Translations under genes and position numbers: made by a program
In this document: positions 1 through 8,491 of the stretch, one piece after another
Numbering within the stretch: position 1 is the stretch's first letter
Layout: each line of letters opens with the position of its first letter
Origin: Actinomycetota bacterium
Lineage (GTDB): Bacteria > Actinomycetota > Acidimicrobiia > IMCC26256 > VFJJ01
Assembly: GCA_009886115.1 (NCBI GenBank)
Contig: VFJJ01000011.1
Coordinates: forward strand, 135,612-155,611
Length of the DNA stretch: 20,000 bases
Direction: 5' to 3'
Notes under the pieces: model-generated
Told to the model about the DNA's origin: nothing
The model's input: only the letters and a program-made list of their open reading frames with translations
Databases searched by the model: none

Positions 1-1301
1 ACCCGGGTTCGGTGCTGATCGAGGGGACGGGCATCGTCGCGGTGGGCTCCGTCGCCGAGCTCGACGCCGACCCGAGAGCCGCCGGGGCAACGGTGATCGA
101 CGCGACAGGCCAGGCCGTCATCCCCGGCCTGCACAACTGCCATCTGCACAGTGGGTTGCTGCGGGGCACGGCCGAGTCGATGTCGCTGTGGGACTGGCTC
201 GAGAGCTACGTCGACCCGGCCCACAAGGTGATGACGCCCGAGATCGCCGAGGCCGCGTCGTACATGGCCTACACCGAAGGGCTCCTCGCCGGCACGGTGT
301 CGGTCATGGACATGTGGCGCTTCATGGACGGCTCGGCTCGCGCCGCCGACGAGATCGGCATCCGAGCCACCCTCGTGCCCTACACGGCGGATCTCTACGA
401 CTACTTCGAGACGCTCGAGACCAACCGCCGCCTGCTCGAGACCCATCTGAGCGCCTCCGACGGCCGGGTCCGCACCTGGGTCGGCCTCGAGCACATCATG
501 TACTGCTCGGCCGAGATGTTCCGGGCCGCCGCCGACCTCGCCGCCGAGTTCGGCACGGGCATCCACACGCACTCGTCGGAGTCGATCTGGGAGGTGCAAG
601 AGACGCTCAAGCGGTTCGGGCGCCGACCGATCGAGGAGTTCTACAACCGGGGCATCCTCGGTCCGAGCACGGTCGTCGCGCACTGCGTCTGGCTCGACGA
701 CCGCGAGATCGAGCTCATGGCCCAGACGGGCACCAGCGTTGCGCACTGCCCGTGCTCGAACATGAAGCTCTCGTCCGGGCCGGCCCGGGTTGGCGACTAC
801 CGCCGCGCCGGCATCCACGTGGGGCTCGGCAGCGACGGCGAGAAGGAGAACAACAACCTCGACATCATCCAGGAGATGAAGTTCGCGTCGTTGCTGCAGA
901 AGGTCTCCACACTCGACCCGACGACCGGCGATCCCTGGGACATCCTCGACATGGCCACGCTCGACGGGGCCACGGCGCTCGGTCTGGGCGATCTCTCGGG
1001 CTCGCTGGAGGTGGGCAAGCGGGCCGACGTGGTCACGGTCGACCTGCGCAGGCTGCACTTCACGCCGCTGCTGCACGGCAAGAACTTCAACGCGGCTGCG
1101 CATCTGGTGTTCTCGGCGTCGGGGCGCGACGTGTCGAACGTGTGGGTCGACGGCCGGCAGCTCGTGGCCGATGGACAGGTCACGACCGTCGACGTGGAGA
1201 CCGTCCGCAGCCGGGCGCAGAGCGCGGCCGAGGAGCTCTTCGAGCGGCGCGAAGCCGTGTTGGGGCTCACGGCGAGCCCGAAGAACACGCAACTCGCCTA
1301 A
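1..1301 (+). CDS. Metal-dependent amidohydrolase (MTA/SAH deaminase / AtzA-TrzA-like), 5' end probably outside the window
   Basis: PGLHNCHLH (HxH), IHTHSSE, VAHCVW, AHCPCSNMKL, GLGSDG and GSLEVGKRAD motifs. The frame is open back to the window edge; TAA at 1299-1301. Confidence 0.9.
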   Translation, partial: PGSVLIEGTGIVAVGSVAELDADPRAAGATVIDATGQAVIPGLHNCHLHSGLLRGTAESMSLWDWLESYVDPAHKVMTPEIAEAASYMAYTEGLLAGTVSVMDMWRFMDGSARAADEIGIRATLVPYTADLYDYFETLETNRRLLETHLSASDGRVRTWVGLEHIMYCSAEMFRAAADLAAEFGTGIHTHSSESIWEVQETLKRFGRRPIEEFYNRGILGPSTVVAHCVWLDDREIELMAQTGTSVAHCPCSNMKLSSGPARVGDYRRAGIHVGLGSDGEKENNNLDIIQEMKFASLLQKVSTLDPTTGDPWDILDMATLDGATALGLGDLSGSLEVGKRADVVTVDLRRLHFTPLLHGKNFNAAAHLVFSASGRDVSNVWVDGRQLVADGQVTTVDVETVRSRAQSAAEELFERREAVLGLTASPKNTQLA

Positions 1302-1333
1302 CTCCGGGCCAACGAGGGATAGTCAATGCCTGA

Positions 1334-2590
1334 CTACCGGGCGACGGCCCGCACCGGGTAGTGGAGGAACCCGGCGAACTGGTTGGCCCGCAGACGCACC
1401 GGATCGCCGTCGAGCTCGAAGCGGGCCACCCGGCGAACGACCTCGGTGAGCATCGAGCGCACCTCCATGCGGCCGACCTGGGCGCCGATGCAGAAGTGCG
1501 GCCCGCCCCCGCCGAAGCCCACGTGGTCGTTGGGGCTGCGCCACGGGTCGAGCCGATCGGGGTCGGCGAACACGCGCTCGTCGCGGTTGGCCGACGAGAA
1601 CGACAGCACCACTTTGTCGCCGGCCTTGATCTGCTGCCCGCGCAGCTCGTGGTCGACGGTCGCCGTGCGGCGGAAGTTCATGGCCGGCGACGCCCAGCGC
1701 ACGCACTCCTCCACCAGTGTCGCCGGGCACTCGGCATCGGGGCCGCCGAGCTCCAGCACCCGGTGGAGCTCGTCGAGCAGCTGGGGCCGCTCCACGAAGG
1801 CCGAGACGGCCTCCGACAGCGTGTGGGCGACCGTCCCCACCCCACCCACCACGGTCACGAGGACGAACAGCGCCAGCTCGTCGTCGGTCATGCGGTCGAC
1901 GGTGCCGTCAGGGCGGACGATCTCGGAGCGCACGAGGTCGGCAGCGATGCCGGGGTGGGCGTCGGGGTCGCGGCGCACCCGGGCGAAGAGCTCCCGGGCG
2001 TAGTCGACGGCCACCATCTGGATCTCGGGCCGGGGCTTGCCCGAGGGGTTGAGCTCGGGCTCTTGGGCCAGCGAGATCATGAGCGACCACTCCAGCATCC
2101 GGTCGTGATCGTCGGCCGGGATGCCGAACATGGCCGCCGGAACCTCGAAGCCCATCGGCGTCGCGCACCCGTCGTGGAAGTCGCCCCGGCCCTCGTCGAG
2201 TAGCCGGTCGACGGTTCGCCGGGCCACGTCGCGGGCCAACCCTGCGAACTGCCGCACCCGGCCCGGCGTGAACGCGGGGCTCACGAGCCGCCGGGTGCGG
2301 GTGTGGTCGTCGGGATCCTGGTTCACGAAGATCCGTTGCCTGAAGGCCAGCTCCTCGTCGCTGCGGGGGTCCTCGAGCGACGATCCCCGCAGCGCGTTCG
2401 AGTAGGTCTGCCAGTCACGGTTGGCGGCCACGACGTCGTCGTGGCGGGTGACGAGCCAATAGCCCCGTCCACCGGTCTCGGCCGGTTCGTCGTGCCAGGC
2501 CACGGGATCGTGGCGGCGCAGCCACGCGAAGTAGTCGTAGGGCACGCCCGACCGGAACAGGTCGGGATCCATCAGGTCGAGCCGGTCCAT
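1334..2590 (-). CDS. Cytochrome P450 (CYP125/CYP124-like fold, atypical I-helix)
   Basis: Heme motif FGGGGPHFCIG, EECVR (ExxR), SANRDERVF, DPDDHTRTR. GGAGGAG lies upstream of ATG 2590. Confidence 0.95.
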   Translation of the reverse strand: MDRLDLMDPDLFRSGVPYDYFAWLRRHDPVAWHDEPAETGGRGYWLVTRHDDVVAANRDWQTYSNALRGSSLEDPRSDEELAFRQRIFVNQDPDDHTRTRRLVSPAFTPGRVRQFAGLARDVARRTVDRLLDEGRGDFHDGCATPMGFEVPAAMFGIPADDHDRMLEWSLMISLAQEPELNPSGKPRPEIQMVAVDYARELFARVRRDPDAHPGIAADLVRSEIVRPDGTVDRMTDDELALFVLVTVVGGVGTVAHTLSEAVSAFVERPQLLDELHRVLELGGPDAECPATLVEECVRWASPAMNFRRTATVDHELRGQQIKAGDKVVLSFSSANRDERVFADPDRLDPWRSPNDHVGFGGGGPHFCIGAQVGRMEVRSMLTEVVRRVARFELDGDPVRLRANQFAGFLHYPVRAVAR

Positions 2591-2629
2591 GGGCCCAGCG
2601 CTCCTCCACCGAGTCGGTCTCCGAGTGCG

Positions 2630-3853
2630 TCAGCGCAGTCGGACGGGCATGTGCTTGATGCCGTTCACGAAGTTCGAGCGGAGCCGTTCGACGGGCCCCG
2701 TCAGCTCAAGGCGGGGCACGAGCTCGACGATGGCGTCGAAGATGGCCCGGGCTTCGAGACGGGCCAGCGACGCGCCGAGGCAGAAGTGGGGGCCACCGGC
2801 CCCGAAGGCCACGTGCTCGTTGGGCTGGCGCAGCAGATCGAGCTGGTCGGCCGTGGGCCCGAAGAACGCCTCGTCGCGATTGGCCGACGGGTACCACATG
2901 ATCACCATCTCCCCCTCGGCGATCTGCTGGCCGGCGATCTCGACATCGTGGGTGACGCGGCGGGCGAAGTGGTGGACGGGCGTCACGTAGCGCAGCAGCT
3001 CCTCGATGGCGACGGGGATGCGTTCGGGGTCGGCGGCGAGCAGCGCATGCTGGTCGGGATGCTCCATGAGGGCCAGCGTTCCGTGGGTGATGAGGTTGCG
3101 GGTGGTCTCGGAGCCGGCGTTTTGCAGCAGGAGGAAGAAGACGTCGATCTCGTGCTGGGTGAGGCGGTCGACGGTGCCGTCCTCGCGCTTCATCTCGGCG
3201 GCGAGCAGCACCGAGATGAGGTCGTCGCGGGGACTCGATCGCCGTTCCTCGCACATCCCTTCGGCGTACATGTACATCGAGGCCATGGCCGCCATCTGGT
3301 CTTCGGGGGTGTGGACGTACTCGGGGTCGTCCCCGCTCATGGTGACCTCGGTCCACTCGAACACCTGGTGACGATCGGCCTCGGGGACGCCCACGAGCTC
3401 GGCGATCACCTGCAGTGGCAGCTCGACGGCGACCTGGTTGACGAAGTCGAACTCGCCGGCGGCTGCGGCCCCTTCGACGATCCGCTTCACGAGGGCGCGG
3501 ATGCGCGCCTCCATCCCGGCCACCCGCCGTGGGGTGAAGCCCTTGTTGACCAGCAGCCGCATGCGGGTGTGGATCGGCGGGTCGAGGCTGATGAGCAGCG
3601 GCATGTCGGGCGCATCGGGCTGGAGGGGCCAGGCGAACGGCCCCGGGCGTGACGAGAAGATCTCGGGTCGACGCGAGACCGACAGCACGTCGGCCATCCG
3701 CACGACCGACCAGAACGCCTGGTTGCGATCGGTCGCGTCCGAGTGCACCAGCCCGGGGGTGGCCCGCATCTCCCTGAACACGTCATGGGGAACGGCCCGG
3801 GCCCAGATGCCGTTGTCGAAGAGGTCGACTGCGTGGGGCTGAGTCATGGTCAT
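2630..3853 (-). CDS. Cytochrome P450 (CYP125-like), ~407 aa
   Basis: AGSETT I-helix, EELLR, FGAGGPHFCLG, DPPIHTRMR. The true start is taken as MTMTQPH at 3853 (alternative 3847); the ORF-track extension to 4864 is antisense to the ACAD. Confidence 0.93.
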   Translation of the reverse strand: MTMTQPHAVDLFDNGIWARAVPHDVFREMRATPGLVHSDATDRNQAFWSVVRMADVLSVSRRPEIFSSRPGPFAWPLQPDAPDMPLLISLDPPIHTRMRLLVNKGFTPRRVAGMEARIRALVKRIVEGAAAAGEFDFVNQVAVELPLQVIAELVGVPEADRHQVFEWTEVTMSGDDPEYVHTPEDQMAAMASMYMYAEGMCEERRSSPRDDLISVLLAAEMKREDGTVDRLTQHEIDVFFLLLQNAGSETTRNLITHGTLALMEHPDQHALLAADPERIPVAIEELLRYVTPVHHFARRVTHDVEIAGQQIAEGEMVIMWYPSANRDEAFFGPTADQLDLLRQPNEHVAFGAGGPHFCLGASLARLEARAIFDAIVELVPRLELTGPVERLRSNFVNGIKHMPVRLR

Positions 3854-3899
3854 GGCCCAATCGTGCCTCACGACGGGTGTCCATGGCACCATCTCGGCC

Positions 3900-5117
3900 A
3901 TGAGCCTGAGCGCGAGCGAACTCTCCGACGTGGACGAGGCGACCGTCCTCGAGCTGTGCGACCGTCTGCTCACCGAGCACCCGCCCACGTCGACTCCAGC
4001 CGGGGTGTTCCTCGGAGCCCAGTTCGACCTGGGGCTGGCGTGGGTCCACTTCCCTGTCGGCCACGGCGGGCTGGGCCTGTCGCCGAAGCACCAGGTGGCC
4101 ATCGGGAGCCGCCTCGGCCCCGCCGGTGCGCCCGAGCCCTTCAGCCGTAACCCGATCGGGTGGGGGATGGGCGCGCCGACCGTCGTCACCCACGGCAGCG
4201 AGGCCCAGAAGGCGCGGTATCTGCGGCCGCTGTTCACCGGCGAGGAGATCTGGTGCCAGATGTTCAGCGAGCCCGGCGCCGGCTCCGACGTGGCCGGCTT
4301 GTCGACGATGGCCGTCCGCGACGGCGACGAGTGGATCGTCAACGGGCAGAAGGTCTGGACGTCGCTCGGGCATCTCGCCCGTTGGGGGATGCTCGTCGCC
4401 CGGACCGACCCGAACGCCTTGAAGCACAAGGGACTGTCGTACTTCGTCGTCGACATGCACGCGCCCGGGGTCGACGTGCGCCCGCTCCGGCAGCTCACCG
4501 GCGAGGCCGAGTTCAACGAGGTCTTCTTCACCGACGTGCGCATCCCCGACGCCGAGCGCCTCGGCGACGTCGGCCAGGGCTGGCACGTCGCGCTCACCAC
4601 GCTCATGAACGAGCGCGTCTCGCTGGGCGGCGGCGTGCCGCCCCGGGGCTCGGGGATGATCGGACGGGCGCTCGAGTTGTGGCTGGCGGTTCCGGCCGAG
4701 GATCGCGACGCCATCCGGCGTGATCGGTTGACCCGCTTGTGGATCGAGGCCGAGACCATCCGGCTCACCAACATGCGGTCGTCGGGCGCGCGCACGGTGG
4801 GCGTTCCCGGTCCTGAAGGGTCGGTGGGCAAGCTGGCGACGGCCGAGTTCAACAAGCGCATCACCGAGTTCTTCTGCGAGATCCTGGGGCCGGCGTCGAT
4901 GGTCGGCGTCGACTACAGCTTCCGCCGGCCCACCGAGGGCCAGGGAATGCTCGAACGGTTCAACGACCGCAAGCTGTTCCTGCGGATGCGGGCGCAGAGC
5001 ATCGAGGGCGGCACGTCGGAGGTGATGCGCAACATCCTCGGTGAGCGCGTCCTCGGCCTCCCCGGCGACGTGCGGGTCGACCGCGACCGCCCCTGGTCGG
5101 AGGTCCCCCGGAACTGA
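3900..5117 (+). CDS. Acyl-CoA dehydrogenase (actinobacterial FadE type), ~405 aa
   Basis: WCQMFSEPGAGSDVA, NGQKVWTS, FNEVFF, TLMNER, IEGGTSEVMRNI. ATG 3900 is chosen to avoid overlapping the divergent P450. Confidence 0.93.
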   Translation: MSLSASELSDVDEATVLELCDRLLTEHPPTSTPAGVFLGAQFDLGLAWVHFPVGHGGLGLSPKHQVAIGSRLGPAGAPEPFSRNPIGWGMGAPTVVTHGSEAQKARYLRPLFTGEEIWCQMFSEPGAGSDVAGLSTMAVRDGDEWIVNGQKVWTSLGHLARWGMLVARTDPNALKHKGLSYFVVDMHAPGVDVRPLRQLTGEAEFNEVFFTDVRIPDAERLGDVGQGWHVALTTLMNERVSLGGGVPPRGSGMIGRALELWLAVPAEDRDAIRRDRLTRLWIEAETIRLTNMRSSGARTVGVPGPEGSVGKLATAEFNKRITEFFCEILGPASMVGVDYSFRRPTEGQGMLERFNDRKLFLRMRAQSIEGGTSEVMRNILGERVLGLPGDVRVDRDRPWSEVPRN

Positions 5118-5179
5118 GTTATCGAGCATTTGACCCAGGCCGCGCTGTTCCGGCTCACGTCAGCGCCGATACTTGAGGG

Positions 5180-7072
5180 GTGATCCTCCGAGGACGTCGC
5201 TCGCACTCTGTATCCGCCGTGTTGCTCGCGGCGATGTTTAGCGCGGCAATGCTCGCGGCCTCGAGCGCCCAGCCGGCCGGCGCCTATCCCGGGGCGCCGT
5301 GGTTCGAGCCGAACAGGCCGTACACGCAGAACTTCCCCGACCCGGCGATCCTGGTCGACGGGGGCCGCTACTACGCCTACGCCACGACCACGGGAGGGGC
5401 CTACCTCCCGGTCATGACCTCGACCGACGCCGTCACCTGGACGGCCCGGCCCCGGTACAGCCCCAACCCCTACAACTCCGACCCGTTCTACAACGACGCC
5501 CTGGTGCAGGCGCCGAGCTGGGGAACCGACGTGAACCCGGGGCAGCGGCTGGCCAAGGAGCTGCGGGCGCCCGGCGTAACGAAGATCGGCTCGACGTACG
5601 TGGCGTTCTCGACGGTGCGGACCCAGGCCGGGAACCCGGGCCGCTTCTGCATCAGTGTTGCCACGGCCACCGCAGCGATCGGACCGTTCCGTGACACGAC
5701 GAGCGGCCCCCTCGTCTGCGACAGCGATCCGGCCGGCTCGATCGACCCGCAGCCGTTCGTCGACCCGGCCACCGGGACGCCGTGGCTGCTCTGGAAGAGC
5801 GAAGGAGTGCCGGGCTTGCAACCCACTCGCGTCTGGATCCGCCAGCTCGACGCTGCCGGCACCGGATTCGCCCCGGACTCGTCGGCCGTCAGCCTGCTCT
5901 TCACCGACCAGCCCTGGGAGGGGAACCTCATCGAGAACCCGGCCATGGTGCGGTGGCAGGGCCGGCTGTTCTTGTTCTACTCGGGGAACGAATGGCCGTC
6001 AGCCAACTACGCCGCGGGATACGCAGAGTGCGCCACGCCGGTCGGACCCTGTACCAAGAACCCGAACAACCCACTGCTCGCGTCTCGGGGCAGCGAGCTC
6101 GGTCCGGGGGCTCCGGCGCCGTTCGTCGACCTGGAGGGCAACCTCCGGGTGGCCTACCACTTCTGGAACGCCCCGTACACCAACTATCCCGCCTTCCCGG
6201 CGTGCCAGTCGGCGGGTACGTGCATGTCCCAGGGACAGCGCCGTATGAAGGTCGCGTCGCTGGTTCTCACCGGCAACGGGCTCGTGGTGGGCGCGCCGGC
6301 CGTCGGCCCCGGATACTGGATGCTCGGTCGCGACGGCACCGTCTACCCCTTCGGAGGGGCCGCGTTCCTCGGTGAACCCAAGTCGCAGCTGGGTTTCGGG
6401 GTGACGGCCGTCGATGTCGAGTCGACCCCGTCGGGGAAGGGCTATCTCGTGCTCGACCGGATCGGGCGGGTGTTCTCCTACGGAGACGCGGCCGCGTTCG
6501 GCGCGCCGGGCAACGCCCCCGTCGACGGAGCCGGCGGCGAGCGAGCGGCATCGATCTCTGTGACGCCGAGCAACGGTGGGTACTGGGTCTTCACCAACCG
6601 TGGACGGGTGTTCGGCTACGGCGACGCGCGGACCTTCGGCGACCTCTCGGGCGTGGCCCTCAACGGACCGGTTCTCGGCTCGATTCCCACGCCCACCGGG
6701 GCCGGGTACTTCATGGTCGGCTCTGACGGCGGCGTCTTCGCGTTCGGTGACGCCCTGTTCTCGGGCTCGACCGGCAACATGGTCCTCAACCAACCGGTCG
6801 TTGGGCTGGTCCCGACGCCCACGAACCGGGGCTACTGGCTCGTAGCCAGCGACGGGGGCGTGTTCGCGTTCGGCGATGCGACGTTCCGGGGTTCGATGGG
6901 CGCGGTGCGGCTCAACCAACCGGTCAACGGGATGATCCGCAATGGCACGGGTTATCTCATGGTCGCCAGCGACGGCGGCATCTTCAACTTCAGCGACCAA
7001 CCGTTCTTCGGCTCGCTCGGCGGGACGCCGATCCCGCATCCGATCGTCGCCGCTGCCGTGAAGGACAAGTAG
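5180..7072 (+). CDS. Secreted GH43-family glycoside hydrolase with six C-terminal GYW..DGGVFAFGDA repeats
   Basis: N-terminal basic+hydrophobic signal peptide ending ..AGA. GH43 acidic triad in FPDP, SIDP and IENP. Six ~42-aa repeats from ~6311. Confidence 0.85.
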   Translation: MILRGRRSHSVSAVLLAAMFSAAMLAASSAQPAGAYPGAPWFEPNRPYTQNFPDPAILVDGGRYYAYATTTGGAYLPVMTSTDAVTWTARPRYSPNPYNSDPFYNDALVQAPSWGTDVNPGQRLAKELRAPGVTKIGSTYVAFSTVRTQAGNPGRFCISVATATAAIGPFRDTTSGPLVCDSDPAGSIDPQPFVDPATGTPWLLWKSEGVPGLQPTRVWIRQLDAAGTGFAPDSSAVSLLFTDQPWEGNLIENPAMVRWQGRLFLFYSGNEWPSANYAAGYAECATPVGPCTKNPNNPLLASRGSELGPGAPAPFVDLEGNLRVAYHFWNAPYTNYPAFPACQSAGTCMSQGQRRMKVASLVLTGNGLVVGAPAVGPGYWMLGRDGTVYPFGGAAFLGEPKSQLGFGVTAVDVESTPSGKGYLVLDRIGRVFSYGDAAAFGAPGNAPVDGAGGERAASISVTPSNGGYWVFTNRGRVFGYGDARTFGDLSGVALNGPVLGSIPTPTGAGYFMVGSDGGVFAFGDALFSGSTGNMVLNQPVVGLVPTPTNRGYWLVASDGGVFAFGDATFRGSMGAVRLNQPVNGMIRNGTGYLMVASDGGIFNFSDQPFFGSLGGTPIPHPIVAAAVKDK

Positions 7073-7090
7073 CGCGCTGCCGGAGTCCTG

Positions 7091-7140
7091 CCAACTGTCA
7101 GCGTGGAGGGCCGTATCCGGCCTCTCACGCTGACAGTTGG
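7091..7140. terminator. 50-nt hairpin between convergent genes (bidirectional terminator or REP-like element)
   Basis: CCAACTGTCAGCGTG (7091-7105) and CACGCTGACAGTTGG (7126-7140) form a perfect 15-bp inverted repeat, with inner GGCCG/CGGCC pairing. No U-tract. Confidence 0.6.
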
Positions 7141-7155
7141 AGCGGTGGTACGGGT

Positions 7156-8388
7156 TCAGGCGATGGTGCCGGCGCTTCGCAGGGCGCCCAGACGGGCGTC
7201 GTCGTAGCCCAGCGCCGAGCGCAGCACGTCGTCGGTGTGCTGGCCCGGCGTGGGCGCGGTGGCGGGCGACGGCAGCCCGTCGCTGAAGCGCAACGGGGTC
7301 GCGATCGTGGCCGGGCCGGCGGTGGGCGTGCTCCAGTGGGTGCGGGCGGCGAAGTGGGGATCGTCGACGGGGCCATCGGGATGGTGCACGGGCGCGATGG
7401 GCACGTTGTGCGCGATACCGAAGTCGATCCATGCGGCCGTGGTACGGGTCGCGAAGATCGCCGCGAGCTCGCGGCGTAGCTCACGGTTGCCCCGGGCGTG
7501 CTCGGCCACCTCGGCGCCGGGCCAGCGCTCGTAGAGATCGAGACGGTCGACCGCCGCGCAGAGGTTGTGCCAGAACACCCGCTCGGAGGCCATCACGAGG
7601 AGATGGCCGTCGAGCGTCGCGTAGTACTGGTAGCGGACGGCCTCGCTCATGTCGAGGTCGGCCGCCGGCACTGAGGACCCCGCCGGCGCTCTCGGCGCCA
7701 GCAGGCCGTCGCGGCGGGCTCGTGACGCCTCGATGCGGCTGAAGGCCCATCCGGCTGCGGCGTCGGCCTGGGCGATCTCCACGGCTGCCCCACGGCCGCG
7801 GGCCCGGGCCTGCAAGAGCGCGGCCACGATGCCCAGCGCCCCGTAGAGGCCGCCGGCGTGGGTGCCGATGTCGGTGGCGCCGAGGCCCAGGCTCACGAAC
7901 TCGTCAGGCCCGGCGACGGGCGGGACGAGCCCGGCGTAGGCGTCGAACGCGACCCCGTGGGCCGGCGCCGTGGCGTAGGGCCCGGTCGAGCCGTACCCGG
8001 AGACCGATGCGAACACGACCATGGGATTGAGCTCGAGCAAGCGGTCGATCGGAAACCCCATGCGGGCCAACGCTCCGGCGCGGAGTCCCTCGATCACGAC
8101 ATCGGAGACGGTCACCAGCTCGGCGAACACAGCGCGGCCTTCTGGGCTGCGGAGGTCGAGGCCCAGGCTCCGCTTGCCCCGATTCCAATGCCAGTGCAGC
8201 ACCGAGAGGCCATCGATGTGCGGCCCGCCCGTGGTCCGCACGTAGTCGGGCCGTGCCGGCTCCTCGATCTTGATGACCTCGGCGCCGAGATCGGCCAGGT
8301 GCATCCCGACACTGTCGGGGGCGAGCAGCGCGATCTCGAGCACGCGCACCCCGGCGAGCGGTCCTGACCCTTCCACCCAGTTGCCCAC
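7156..8388 (-). CDS. Family III CoA-transferase (CaiB/BaiF / AMACR-like)
   Basis: GPLAGVRVLE, LADLGAEVIKIE, NRGKRSLGLDL, SGYGSTGPY and C-terminal APTPGQHT. Confidence 0.92.
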   Translation of the reverse strand: MGNWVEGSGPLAGVRVLEIALLAPDSVGMHLADLGAEVIKIEEPARPDYVRTTGGPHIDGLSVLHWHWNRGKRSLGLDLRSPEGRAVFAELVTVSDVVIEGLRAGALARMGFPIDRLLELNPMVVFASVSGYGSTGPYATAPAHGVAFDAYAGLVPPVAGPDEFVSLGLGATDIGTHAGGLYGALGIVAALLQARARGRGAAVEIAQADAAAGWAFSRIEASRARRDGLLAPRAPAGSSVPAADLDMSEAVRYQYYATLDGHLLVMASERVFWHNLCAAVDRLDLYERWPGAEVAEHARGNRELRRELAAIFATRTTAAWIDFGIAHNVPIAPVHHPDGPVDDPHFAARTHWSTPTAGPATIATPLRFSDGLPSPATAPTPGQHTDDVLRSALGYDDARLGALRSAGTIA

Positions 8389-8427
8389 CGATGCCCCCCA
8401 CCGACGCCGCCGGCGTCGCCGACGCCG

Positions 8428-8474
8428 AAATTTGTGCAGGAATCGTCGCCTCGCGACGATTCCTGCACAAATTT
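8428..8474. repeat. Perfect 22-bp inverted repeat with 3-nt loop
   Basis: AAATTTGTGCAGGAATCGTCGC-CTC-GCGACGATTCCTGCACAAATTT, intergenic between co-directional minus-strand genes. Confidence 0.95.
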
Positions 8475-8491
8475 GGAGAAGGACTCGGACA

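Noticed and set aside
2630..4864. 744-aa P450 'fusion' ORF
   Set aside because: The N-terminal 337 aa are the antisense shadow of the acyl-CoA dehydrogenase; P450 similarity begins at 3853.
6311..7069. Periodic DNA similarity as a possible CRISPR or repeat array
   Set aside because: The repeats are degenerate, in frame and explained by protein repeats; no identical repeats with unique spacers and no cas genes.
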